Part shown: positions 38,634-50,700 of the stretch, one piece after another
Layout of the letters: each line of letters opens with the position of its first letter
Numbering within the stretch: position 1 is the stretch's first letter
Source of the DNA: Octopus sinensis
Lineage: Eukaryota
Assembly (NCBI RefSeq): GCF_006345805.1
Contig: NC_043010.1
Location: 33,728,001 to 33,792,000, forward strand
Direction: 5' to 3'
Length of the DNA stretch: 64,000 nt
Position numbers and translations under genes: made by a program
Notes under the pieces: generated by a model
Databases searched by the model: none
Told to the model about the DNA's origin: nothing
What the model saw: only the letters and a program-made list of their open reading frames with translations

Positions 38634-39030
38634 GGTATAGATTCCATGAGATTAAATTTATCTCATTGAATGACGAAACGCATGTGATTGGGAAAACCCA
38701 ATCTACAGTTTTCTAAGTGACCAAAGCAGGATGTAGATCACGGTTATGTTGACAAAATTCAGGAAAAAGAGAAGGAAAATTTTGAAAGAGTTTCGAATCA
38801 TTCTTTCTCCCCACAACTTTGCTACCACCAATTTCCGTAACTTGGGCATTTTTTTCACTTTTTCCTTTGTCGGTATAATGCTTAAACGTCAGTATTACGT
38901 AATCTTACACCCTCGAAAACTTATCTTTGCAAAATTTCAATAATAATAATAATAAGCATGCATTTTTCGCAAAGTTATAAGGAAATAAATTTAACTTCCA
39001 GACTCCAGTTATGCCCCCCCCCATATATAT

Positions 39031-39448
39031 TCTTTTACTTGTTTCAGTCATTCTGACTGCGGCCATGCTGGAGCACCACCTTTAGTCGAACAAATCGGCC
39101 CAAGGACTTATTCTTTGTAAGCCTAGTACTTGTTCTATTGATTTCTTTTGCCGAACCGCTAGATAACGGGGACGTAAACACACCAACATCGGTTGCCAAG
39201 CGATGGTGGTGGGGGACAAACTCTGACACAAATACATACACATACATATCCATACACACACACACACATATATATATATATACGACGGGCTTCTTTCAGT
39301 TTCCGTCTACCAAATCCACTCACAAGGCTTTAGTCGGCCCGTGACTATAGTAGAAGACACTTGCCCAAAATACCACGCAGTGAGACTGAACCCGGAACCA
39401 TGTTGTTGGGAAGCAAGCTTCTAAGGATCTTACCACACAGACACTCCT
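39031..39448 (-). mobile_element. Family A SINE; other minus copies at ~42647-43127, 57540-57830, 63000-63160
   Basis: Reverse complement of the family A sequence. Confidence 0.88.
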
Positions 39449-39974
39449 ATATATATTTATAATTCTTATTACTTTTATTCATTTTGATCGGCAGAAGTTA
39501 TAAGGTGACCCAAGGGCTGAGAGTCTTGTGCATGGTACTTACCAAATCTGAAACTAGTTTGATAAGTGTCATACAAGAAACTGCCGGCTGTTGAGTCACT
39601 TTGCAGCTTCTGACGATTAGAAATATTAATAATAATTGTTTCTACAATAGGCACAAGGCTTGGAATTTCGGGGGAGGAGGCCAGTCGATTACATCGACCC
39701 CTGTGCTTGACTGGTACTTATTTTATCAACCCAATAGGATGAAAAGCAAAGTCGACCTCGGCGAATTATGAACTCAGAATATGAAGACGGACAAAATGCC
39801 ACCAAGCATTTTGCTCGACGTGCTAACGATTTTGCCAGAGTTTTATTTATTCCATTTCTCTCAAACCCATATATATTTATAGTTAATCCAAACATGAAAA
39901 CACAAAGAGAAAACACAACAACGCGAGGACGTGGAACAAGTATAGTATTATTGGACGCTCAGGAAAGAAGGAGG

Positions 39975-40009
39975 GTTTAACGTTTCGAGCGGAGCTCTTC
40001 GTCAGAAAC
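39975..40009 (-). ncRNA. Putative minimal hammerhead ribozyme in a Penelope-type repeat (~39870-40090)
   Basis: gttt-CTGACGA-a-gagc-tcc-gctc-GAAA-cg-T-T-aaac: intact core, 4-bp stems I and II, palindromic AACGTT helix III. Confidence 0.6.
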
Positions 40010-40256
40010 ATAGGAAAAGGAAAGGTCCAAAGAAGGGAAGACAGAGGGGAAAAAATCGCCAACGGTACACACGCGGTCACATTTTGACCGCAATATATAT
40101 ATATATATTGCGAAGATAATCTGGTACTTGACTGAGGAAAGAAAACTTCGAATGACCCGTCCTTATTTTCTTTGTATCGTCTATCTGGATGTTTTTTGTT
40201 GTCCCATTTTTGAATCACCTAACTGTCCGGATGTTTTGCGTTCTTGTCCCATTTTG

Positions 40257-40312
<56 letters not shown>

Positions 40313-41253
40313 CGTTTACGCATTTGTTTTGCAAATATTTTTATTTCCTGGTGTGAAATCGTGTGTTGAAACTGATATCGTTATATTTCGGGATGGTCTT
40401 CTTTTTTTTTTTTTTGGCCACATAAACGAACATATATATAGTACGTGTATTAATTTGACGAGGAAAACAATGACCGTCCCGAAATATAACAACATATATA
40501 TATATATTAGAAAACAATACTAGGAGATTTATGATGGTCTGTATCAGTTGAAAATGTGTTTAGTGTAAACTTCTGGAAGTGGCACCAGAAGAAAGTGTGA
40601 AGTTTCTCCACATGCGAACTTAAATAAAACTTTAAACTTTACCTACATGTGTATATATGCTGACATAGTTTTCAATTTCCGCAGTTGAGATAACATCGAA
40701 ATACTTTGGTTAGTGGTTTAAGAATTGGATAGTGAGAAGAAAAAAAACATTTGCTGGTGTAGAAGAAAAAGTATCACAAATGAATGACATGAGACATAGC
40801 TACTTGTCAATTCTTGTTTATCTTAAAATATTATATCGTTGACATGAATTTTAGTACCTGTAGCTAAAATATGTTAACCAAGAAATTCTTCAGTTGGTCA
40901 AGTTAATAAAATTTAAAACGAAAGTAGCTTTTTTTTTTTAATGAAACCGAATGATTTTACAAGAGTCACAAACTTCTGTATTGTGATTGACATAAAGAAA
41001 ACAAAAATTTTGGCAACAAAATATTGGAGGTTAGGTAGCAGGAGTTTAAATGTTCGAGGCATGCAACTTCTGCGAGTGAATGGTACGGTTGATAGAAACC
41101 AAAATACGATTTTCAATCTGGCATCTAGACGGCTTAAGAGATTGATACAATGGATTTTGGCTGCAGTTTAATTAGAAAAATGAAAGAAGGAAAGAGAATT
41201 GATGCAGAATTTTAGATGTTTAGAGAAGAAAACAATTCCATAAAAGTTCTTAC

Positions 41254-41330
41254 CCGACGTGACGCCATCTTCGTGAAGTGTTAGGAAATAACAGAATCCT
41301 TCTCTCTGATTGGCTGGAGCTAAAATGGAT
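41254..41330 (-). promoter_or_regulatory. Promoter/first-exon-like site
   Basis: Minus strand: CCAAT box (~41308-41312), YY1-type AAGATGGCG with ATG at 41268, MASRR|gtaaga donor at 41253, and a strong acceptor (long pyrimidine tract, ctgcag) at 41161. Confidence 0.5.
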
Positions 41331-41660
41331 GAGTGTGAGTCTGTGAGTGTGAAGGGAAGAAGGTACCTTGTCGTTGCTAGGTCAATTCCAAACAAGTAGA
41401 TCCATGATGCAAGGCATACCAGCCATGACCATTACATCTTATGGAGTTGTGGTATATCCAAGATTATATTTTTCGATATGTCCTTTTATAACACGATTTA
41501 AAGAATAGCTAATTTTATTGAACATTTTGGAAGTCTAACTCCTATGTAATTATATGTAATTATATGTAATTATTAATTTTTATTTGACTGGTTATCGATC
41601 CCGACAAAATGAAAGACGAGCAGCATAAACAACCACTAATTTAAACAGTTAACACCCAAC

Positions 41661-42440
41661 CACGAAAGCAAAAATTTGCACCAACGAACCGGGGTGCGGG
41701 AGAGGACTTTCGGAAAATTCACATGAAACGATTTTTTTCCTCATAATTTTTAGGAAAATGGGTATCTTTCAATGAAATTTTATGTAAATACCTTCCAAAA
41801 AGGCCTAGATTACGATTATAAAGAAATTTGTGGGGGAAATATTTTTCTGAGGGAGTGGGGAGAAGACTTTCGAAGAGAAAGAAATTCATTTTTTTTTTTT
41901 TTGGCTTGAGTGTAATGGAAGTAAGTTTGAAAAAAAATTTTTAATTCATTTATTTTTCGCTTGAGTAATAGAAAAAGATTTTTTAAAAAGATCTCATGTA
42001 TCATGTTGAGAGAAACAAATTCATAAATACGGTGTCGAATATGGTTTCACTATGGAAAAAACTTAAGGGCGATTTAGCTGTTGTTTTTAGCACATCTCCA
42101 CCGCTGGAATCTTTTTTAAAATCCTTTTGCTATTACTCAAACAAAAAGTAAATGAATCTAAAAATTTTTTTTTCAAACTTACTTCCATTACACTCAAAAA
42201 AAAAAAATTTATGAATTTCTTTCATCGAAAATCCTCTCCCTACACCCTCAGAAAAATTTCCATATAAATTTCTTTATAACCGTAATCTAAGCCGTTTGAA
42301 AGGTATTTATATAAAATTCCATCCATAAAGATATCCATTTTCCTAAAAATTATGAGGGAAAAAATCGGATCTTGTGAAATTTTCAAAAGTTATCTCCTCA
42401 CCCTACCCCCGGTTCGTTGGCGCAAATTTTTGTTTTCATA
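41661..42440. mobile_element. Foldback element with ~330-bp inverted arms
   Basis: 41661-41994 and ~42108-42440 are reverse complements (~80% by eye) around a ~110-bp spacer; the arms contain the 155-bp unit. Confidence 0.8.
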
Positions 42441-44834
42441 TTCGCTTAATACATATTTTTTACACCTATTACGCTCTTTTTTGGTTTGTTTTGGTGGTCG
42501 GTTGTTAAAGTAAACATTAACCACTTAGACTAATGATTTTATTCGGCTACCAGGTTTTAGCAAGACTCCCCACTGTGTTAACAATGTGACATACCTACAA
42601 AAGTGTGACCACCACCCATGATTTTGTTAATCTTTTATCGTTTACCCTTTACTTGTTTCAGTCATTAGACTGCAGCCATGCTAGCGCATAGCCTTGAAGA
42701 GTTTTTAGTCGAATGAATCCACCCGACTCAAGTACATTTTTTTAAAGACTGGTACTTATTCTATCGGTCACTATTGCCGGACCTCTAAGTTATGCGGACA
42801 TAAACACACCAACACGTGTTGTGAAGTGGTGGGAGGGTGGAAAAACAGAAGTACAGACACACACGTGGGTGTGTGGGTGTGAAATTGCAAGGAGCATTTG
42901 AACGATAACTGACGGAGAATGAGCAACGTCTTGTGTGTAAATCTTCCATTTGTTCGTTTGTTGTGTTTCTGTTTAAATTTTGGAACTTATGCCAAATCTA
43001 CTCGCAAAGGTTTGGTTGGATTAAGGCTATAGTAGAAGACACTTGCTCGAAAAACCACACAGTGGGACTGAACCTGGAAGCATGTGGTTGGGAAGCAAAC
43101 TTCTTACCACACAGCTACGCCTGCGCCTCATGATTGTCAGAAAAAGATATTTTTTAGTGAAATTTTCTACAAATACGTTTCAGAACGTGTTGTTGCCGTT
43201 TATATCAGAATTTTTCGTGGAAAATTCTCGAAGGAACGTGGGGAGAGATTCGATGAGTTTCGGATAATTCACACGAGTTGATTTTGTTTCCTCATAACTT
43301 TCAAAAAATGGGTATATTTTCATGAAATTGTCATCAAATATCTTTCAGATGGTGTAGATTTCGATTATATTGGAATTTAATGAAAGGGTGGAGCGGTGAA
43401 GGACTCGCACACATGCATACTGACACACAACATAACTTTTATATTCTAAGTTCCATTCTGTAGATGTTATGCGATGCATGTCAGAATGTATGTGCGCGCA
43501 TCCATCTTTTTTTTTTTTTTCACATTAAATTCTGACAATAATCGTAATCTACCCCATCAGGAAGGCATTTGTGGAAATTTTCATTAAAAATTACGACTTT
43601 TGTAGGTATGTCACAATGCATATTGTTCCTAACATCAAACGAAGCAGGCAAGCTCAGCGCAACTTCGCAGCTAAAAGCAGATGTCTGCAGAGAAAAATAA
43701 ATAAATAAATATGCGGTTCTAATGGCTGTGGTTAAGTATTTTTCAATGAAATAAATTAGTAGAAATATAAATAAAGCATCCTACTTCACCACAGAAAGTA
43801 GCTATTCCATTTATCGAATTTGTAATGCCTGTTGTTTGTGTATACGTTAATCACTTCATACGACGTTGACACATAAATTAAAGCTTCTGACTTGTGTAAA
43901 TAGCTATTTTGTAAATCAGTGTTGTTATTAATTTGGTGGTTGTGGCGAAAGAGGTTGTGTGGTAGACTGAAGTGAAAACTTTGTAGATAGCCATTTGCCT
44001 ATCGGGCCAAGCTCTCATCTACGTTTCCATGTACAATTTGAAGAAGATACGGATAGAGAAGGAGAAACGGATGCTGTCGGGTCTTGTTAAATTTCTTCCA
44101 ACCTCTTGAAGTATTTCAAATGGAAGATATTTAACAAGACCCATACAACCTTTAAATAAATATGCTCATCGAAAGGTGGTTGACACTCGCAAGGCTGGTG
44201 AGTTTAAATGGGCCTGTTCTGAATATGGCTTTTTTAAGTAGAAGGAAAGGTGAGGACAATTTTTATGCCTTTGAAATAGCGGAGTAACTCGGACCTTTCC
44301 ATGTGGGGCTGTGGAGTTTTCTACGAATTACTCAACGTGAACTGTCCTGCAACTTTTCTTGTAGAAATTTTTGTTCGCATTTTGTTTTAAATATTTTGTT
44401 ACATTTTTGTTTTCATTTCTTTTTGATCGGAGCGTTGTATTTCGTTCTTTTACATTGTCTTCGATGTCTTGCGCTCTAGTGGCCAATAAAAGAAATCATC
44501 ATCATCATCATCATCATTGAATGATGCAAACGAAGACATGCCAGACCGAAAAGAGGCGGGATATGCACAACTGGAATGCCTGTCATCATCATTTTGCTCG
44601 ATAAGGGTTGTACAGAGATAAGTGAGGAAGGATTGTTGTCAGGGTGTAAGCTGTAACAATTAAGTAAGTACTCAATAGAATAGTTTCTTGAGCTTAAGAA
44701 ATTACTCTATTAAGTATTTGAAAGGACAGGTAACGAATGAATGACCCCTTTAACACACCACACGGTCGCTTACAATAAAAGCAAAAATGGGATAAATGAA
44801 TGAGGGCCAGAAAGGAAAAGGAAGACGACACAAC

Positions 44835-46270
44835 CGTAGAATGTTAGGCATGCCGAGGATTTTGATGCGCAGACACGCGCTCAGGTTGTGCCACCTGCAA
44901 TGATGATTTCTAGGTGAACGTGTGTGGGCTCCGTTTGTGAGGCACGTCTTTCCGCAACTCGTCTCTTTGAAAGACCTGCAGTCCTGGGTGAAGAATAGGA
45001 CAAGGACTGGGCGCCTGGCACTTAGGATGTCGTCAGGTGCTCACCGTCCTCTACCAGTCGGGCAATAGGATCAGTGGATGTTCCACTTTTGCTAGATTTA
45101 GAGGATTAGTGGCGGGGGAGTGCGACAACGTCCTAGGGGAGACTCTGGGCATCGACGAATACGAACTGGCTAGTCTGTTCCGGAGGACTTTTCGGTCGGG
45201 GACTATTATGGATAATTTCCAGGTGTCATTGGCTTTTCATTGCTACTGGTTCAAGATATATTTCTTTACAACCCACAAGGGGCTAAACACAGAGAGGACA
45301 TACAAACGGGTTAAGCCGATTACATCGACCCCAGTGCGTAACTGGTACTTAATTTACCGACCCCGAAAGGATGAAAGGCAAAGTGGACCTCGGCGGAATT
45401 TGAACCCAGAACGTAACGGCAGACGAAATACAGCTACTCATTTCGCCTGGCGTGCTAACATTTCTGCCAGCTCTCAAGATAGACATTACAGATACGGATG
45501 TACTGTCAGACAGGCTTATCCGAGGTGCGCACAGAATGACAAAACCGTTTTGCCTGCACTCGTTCGATGTCCGGACATTGCTGACTTGTAGAGTTATGTC
45601 GAATAGCTGCTGCCGCGTGTGGGACGGATCCGCCTGCCATCCGAGTCCAAAGTGAGGATTGCCCCGCTGCACTCCTTTAATCGAGCAGGCAAGCAGTTTT
45701 CCTTTGCCTGATGGCTTTGGCGAAAGAGGTTGTCTGGTGGACAAGGCTGAAAGAGATGAAGACATAGACATTCCTTTTTGGTAACTCCCCACTCGACTTT
45801 TTCAAGTTTCATTTGTAAAGGACAGTGAAGGTGGAGAGGGTGGTGCTGTCCTCGGGTGAATTTATCAAAAGGTGGGTGAAAGTTGCGAAAATGGCAAGAG
45901 TGGATGATAGCATTCTAAGTGTAGACCTGTGAGTCGGAGGAAAGAAGTCGGGAAGGGCACTTCTCCTTGGTATTCAGGTTGATCTTGTATGGTGGGATTC
46001 TTCGATTATTCCTAGAAGTCCTCCTATATCAGGAGGACCCCATCACTAATACCTTTTTTTCCATTCTTCTTCTTCTTAGTGCTATATACTATGTATACTT
46101 CCCATTTTTTAAATGTATACCGTGTGTACTTACATTTTTAGTTTCTTTTTTTCTATCATTCCATTATGTGTAAACCCCAACACTTTATATGTTTCTCTTT
46201 GTATTGTCCCCTCATCCTTCGCCCTGATAGCAAATAAAAGAAAGCCTTATTGTGGTTGTTGCTGTTGTTG
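44835..46270 (+). mobile_element. 5'-truncated L1/Tx1-type LINE (ORF2 C-terminus + 3'UTR) with a family B SINE at ~45261-45473
   Basis: LGMPRILMRRHALRL...VWAPFVR...LGETLGIDE...MDNFQ, then a degenerate C-terminal zinc-finger region (RCAQNDKTVL.ALVRCP); ORF ends ~45932; AATAAA at ~46233. Confidence 0.75.
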
Positions 46271-46462
46271 TTATATACTCTATTAATTCTAAACAATTTG
46301 CTGAATAAAATTCCAGTTACCTCAACGGTGTGAAAACATGCTTCTGACAACATTTATATTCAACAACAGTTTTCTTGCCAACAATGGAACAATAGCTATG
46401 TAAATGTTAGCAAAAGGAATGCATTTGTTGATGTGTGTACGTGCGTGTGTGTGTTTGTGTGT

Positions 46463-46508
<46 letters not shown>

Positions 46509-47159
46509 CGAGCGCGTATGTCTGCCAATGTATATGTAATAGTTTGCATGCAAGGTCACAAGACAGTGTAAATATATTTGTATGTCTTGTCTCTTGATGC
46601 CTGTGCACAATGAATGATGCATATATGTGTGTTAACCTCTTTGTTACATGTACTTGTTTAATGGTGTGTGTGTGTGTGTCTTGTGAATACAATGAATGTA
46701 CGTTGTGATGTGCCTAATGTATTTAATATGTAATGCATTGTTGTTGCCATAGTGTTCATCTCCGTTGATGATGTTGATCTCCAGCTCAGCCCTTATTTGA
46801 ACGAAAAGCTATGACACCTATCTTGTTGGGAGAAAGACTGGGAGCGATTCACAGATCGACTGTTTCAAACGTATCTTTCCAAACTCCACATCCACCCATC
46901 TAGAGATACAAGTGGATGAATACGGAAAGGCTTCCAACATTGCAATGGATTTAGAAAGGCTTGCAAAACTTCTGAATAACTCCGGCAGTTTCTGCATGGA
47001 GCTAAGCCCCTCTGATGTTCTTTCTTTATCGTAATAAGCTTATAGAGAACAACCTGCTCTCTATAACACGCGCAGCTTCATCGTATCCGAATGCAGTGCG
47101 GAAGATCGAGTATATGACGTCTTTTCCGACAGCCCGGTTGTTTTTTTTTTACTTTTTCT

Positions 47160-47204
<45 letters not shown>

Positions 47205-47212
47205 TACTAGAA

Positions 47213-47495
47213 CTCGCTATAACAACCACAACTCCTCCTTCAACATCCCGGAGAGACGTAACGCCACAATCCTGGCCAAGCACTTTTGGTCTTTGAAAGA
47301 AAGCGCCACCGAGTACAACATAAAGTGGAAGATCCTAGAGTAGTGTAAACCGTACTTCAATAGTAGCTGGAAGTGCAGGTTATGCCTGGCTGAGAAAAGA
47401 GCGATTTTAAAGAGCACCCAGCGCCCAGGCATTTACCTAAATAGTAGAAGTGAAATTTTTAATCCTTGCCCACACGAAAGGAAGTATCCTATCAT
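47213..47495 (+). mobile_element. Penelope-like element, GIY-YIG endonuclease C-terminal fragment
   Basis: RYNNHNSSF...LAKHFWSLKE...IKWKIL...KCRLCLAEKRAI...LNSRSEIFNPCPH. Confidence 0.85.
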
Positions 47496-47529
47496 ACCTT
47501 TGTACCCTATCATGACTATGATTACGAGT

Positions 47530-47680
47530 CCCCCAACTTCGGCCCTCTACCAATACCTTGGAGCGACCAATTTCACTGGAGATGGCACGTTGAGAAAGAT
47601 CTTGATCTGGAGTTCTACAATTATACCACGTCAACATTTTAGCTTTACCCATTATTGTTGTGAAATAAACAGGAAGTAAC
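47530..47680 (-). mobile_element. Tc1/Tc3-like transposase N-terminal fragment
   Basis: MGKAKMLT...LSQRAISSEIGRSK HTH-like start. Confidence 0.6.
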
Positions 47681-50414
47681 TGGCAATTGTTGATACAGAG
47701 AAAGCTTGAACATAAACGCCTGAATTTTTATAGCTTATATTATTTTAGCAAGTTTAAAGGGATTTCTTTTGTGTTATAAACCATTTACCATTTTTGTGGT
47801 GCCTCCCTTTCCCTTGAAGAACGTGCTTATTTTGCTAAACGGTTAACCCAGCGCTGGGCAGGATGTATGATCCAGGGCATACATCCTTAATATTACAGCG
47901 GAGGTAGTGATTGTCCCCGAAAGGATGAAAGGCAAAATCGACCTCGGGGGAATTTGAACTCAGAACGTAAAGACGGACGAAATGACGCTCAGCATTTTGC
48001 CTGGCGTCTTAACGATTCTGCTAGTTCGCCACCTTACACCTATCGAAATATTACCTTCACTTTTTTAGTAGTGCCTTAGGGTGAACTATATCTCATGCAT
48101 CTAGCTTCTCGAAAAAGGTTGCTCAATTTGTGTACGATAATGCTTATGAGGATGCCGAGCTCTTCAAGCGCCTCAGCCTCTCGATCATCTGCATTAATGA
48201 GTGTTTTAGGTTGCCTCGAAAATGTTTTAGAAGGAACCCCGTTGTCTCCTTGTACGAAGCGTAATTCAGGGTTGTGTCTGCTATTATTTTGTTTATTGAT
48301 TTCTTATTCATATTTTTACCTTCATTTTTTTTTTTTACTATTTTCAGTTTACTTTTTGTAAATTGTGCTTTTTTATTCATTAAATTATGTCAATTCATAT
48401 ATTAAATCGGAAAACAATACCAAAAATATAAACACACAGACACACGTAGAAAATAAATATATAAATATACAGACAACACACACACGGGTTCCTTGAAACG
48501 GACTCGAATATAAGCATGATGCAAATATTAAATATAATATGGCACATAATGACCTGGACACACAGACCTCGCCTCCCTTCTTCACATGTACACATACATA
48601 CATATACACACCAACACTCGTATGCACACTGACCAAGGATATACACCAAAATAAATCGTCTACGCGGCATTACAATTATCTCCCCTTACTACACTCTCTT
48701 CTCTCCATAACCACACACATATACAATTATAGGTACATACACTCACTCACACACACACACACACTCACGCACATGCACATATATATATATACATATAGAC
48801 AAACCAGATTAGCCAATATTTTTATTAGAAAATCTCTGCCTTGTCAATTAAGTTTAAATGTGACAACAATATCTTGACCTTTACCGTCTCCCTGGCAAAC
48901 ATTTTATTTACAATTTAAATTACTATCTATATTATATTTTCAAATTTACTTCCGTCCTATTAAGCAATCGAACGTGTGCATTCAGGAAGACGAAGGAGTA
49001 TACACAAGACAGACATTTACATATATGTAAATTTCGCTGAACGCAAACTCACACATGTAAATATAAAAAGCTAGCTATATAACTATACAAGGCTTCTCAC
49101 ACGTATAGAAGGAAAGAAAGGGATATGTGTACATAAGGGCAGAACTTGACTAGTTATGTTAAACTCTGCATCTTTTCCACAAGTGTCCCCTCACTTGTGC
49201 CAAGTGTTTATACTGTTGCTGTGGTCCCTGATCTACCAGGTTAGTAAATGAAAAAAAAAAATCACCTTGTCTGGTTCACTTTTCGTTTATCATTGTCTTA
49301 CGAACCCGTACACACCACATACTATATATTCATTTACTCACACATACATATTATTTTGGTCGGGTCAGTCTCTTGTTGCTATGGGTTTCGTTTGTAGGAG
49401 GGTGCACAGGAGCCTTCGGACAAGTTGTGACTTGCCTCTAGACCCTGTGCACCCACTGGCAAACCTTAGAATAATAAGAGACTAACTCGATCAAAATAAT
49501 ATTTATCTCTACTATGGTATTAATACATTTTTTCCGACAGTCAACACTAAACGATATATTGCTATATAATATAGCAATATAAGTCTCTTGACACTCTTAG
49601 TTCCTGTTCAGTGATGATTGTATTTTTCCTTTATGGTATCACATTGCGCCTACACATACCTACATACAGGGTCGTTATGAAATCTGTGCAGTTTTATTCC
49701 TTTTGATTTTATATAAAGTGGGATTATTGTGTAAAATTCAATACTGGAAAAAAGATAGTATTTACAAAATTTCCAGCATGTCCGTCGTCTTTATGTATAT
49801 TAGTTATCCTAGCCTACAAGTCTGGCCAAGTGAGCTGTTGTCTTTACGTGTCCCCCAGAAAGTAATGTTTTTACAATTAATTATTTTTTTTTAATAAGTG
49901 TTCGTTGCCGATTCGGTATTATTTGATCCTTTCAACCGCGCGATTTTCACTAAGAAAAAAAACCCCGGATTTTTTGCGTGGAATCCAGTACCCTGACCTA
50001 ATATGCTGCAAACCCCTTATTTTTGTTAAGAAAAAAGTGGGGTGGGAAACCAGACCCCCACCCTATAATTTACCAAAGATTCTATCACATATAGAACTAA
50101 ATCTATATAAATTTAGAATTACTCTATGATCCTGTATTATGACTGTGTGTGTGCGCACACTCATTTTCCTTTTGTCAGCTCGAAGGGTCATAGGATGGAG
50201 TGAATCATAAGCTTCGAATAGAAAAAAAAAACGGTAAAACTACATCTATCAAGTAATAGTTTCTATATTCACACATATATAGTATGTGTGTGTATTTATT
50301 AATGTTCAGTTATATAAACAATTTTACATTAATCTGTTTTAGAGAATACAAATCTATTCTTATACAAGAATGTTGTTGACAGTGGCTTCGAAGTTCCGGC
50401 CAGCTAAGCCATCG

Positions 50415-50592
50415 TCAGACTATTTCATATATATATATATATATATGTTTGTATGAGTATACTATTTCATTGTACGTAGGCTGTTCATGTGTGTGTGTGT
50501 ATATATATATATATTAGCTAGATAGAGTGGGTGCCGTCCCCGGACTCCACAAAAACACATATTGCCTACAGGCACACACTCTAGCTAGCTAG

Positions 50593-50638
<46 letters not shown>

Positions 50639-50700
50639 CACACACATAGGTGAACAGCCTACGTACAATGAAATAGTATACTCATACAAACATATCTGAC
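50415..50700. repeat. Local inverted duplication (hairpin)
   Basis: 50443-50487 and 50651-50695 are a perfect 45-bp inverted repeat; imperfect pairing continues inward through TG/TA tracts to a ~50-nt loop. Confidence 0.9.

Noticed and set aside
41541-41575. Short tandem duplications (tatgtaatta x3; also ~26000-26035 and ~57836-57870)
   Set aside because: Ordinary slippage products.
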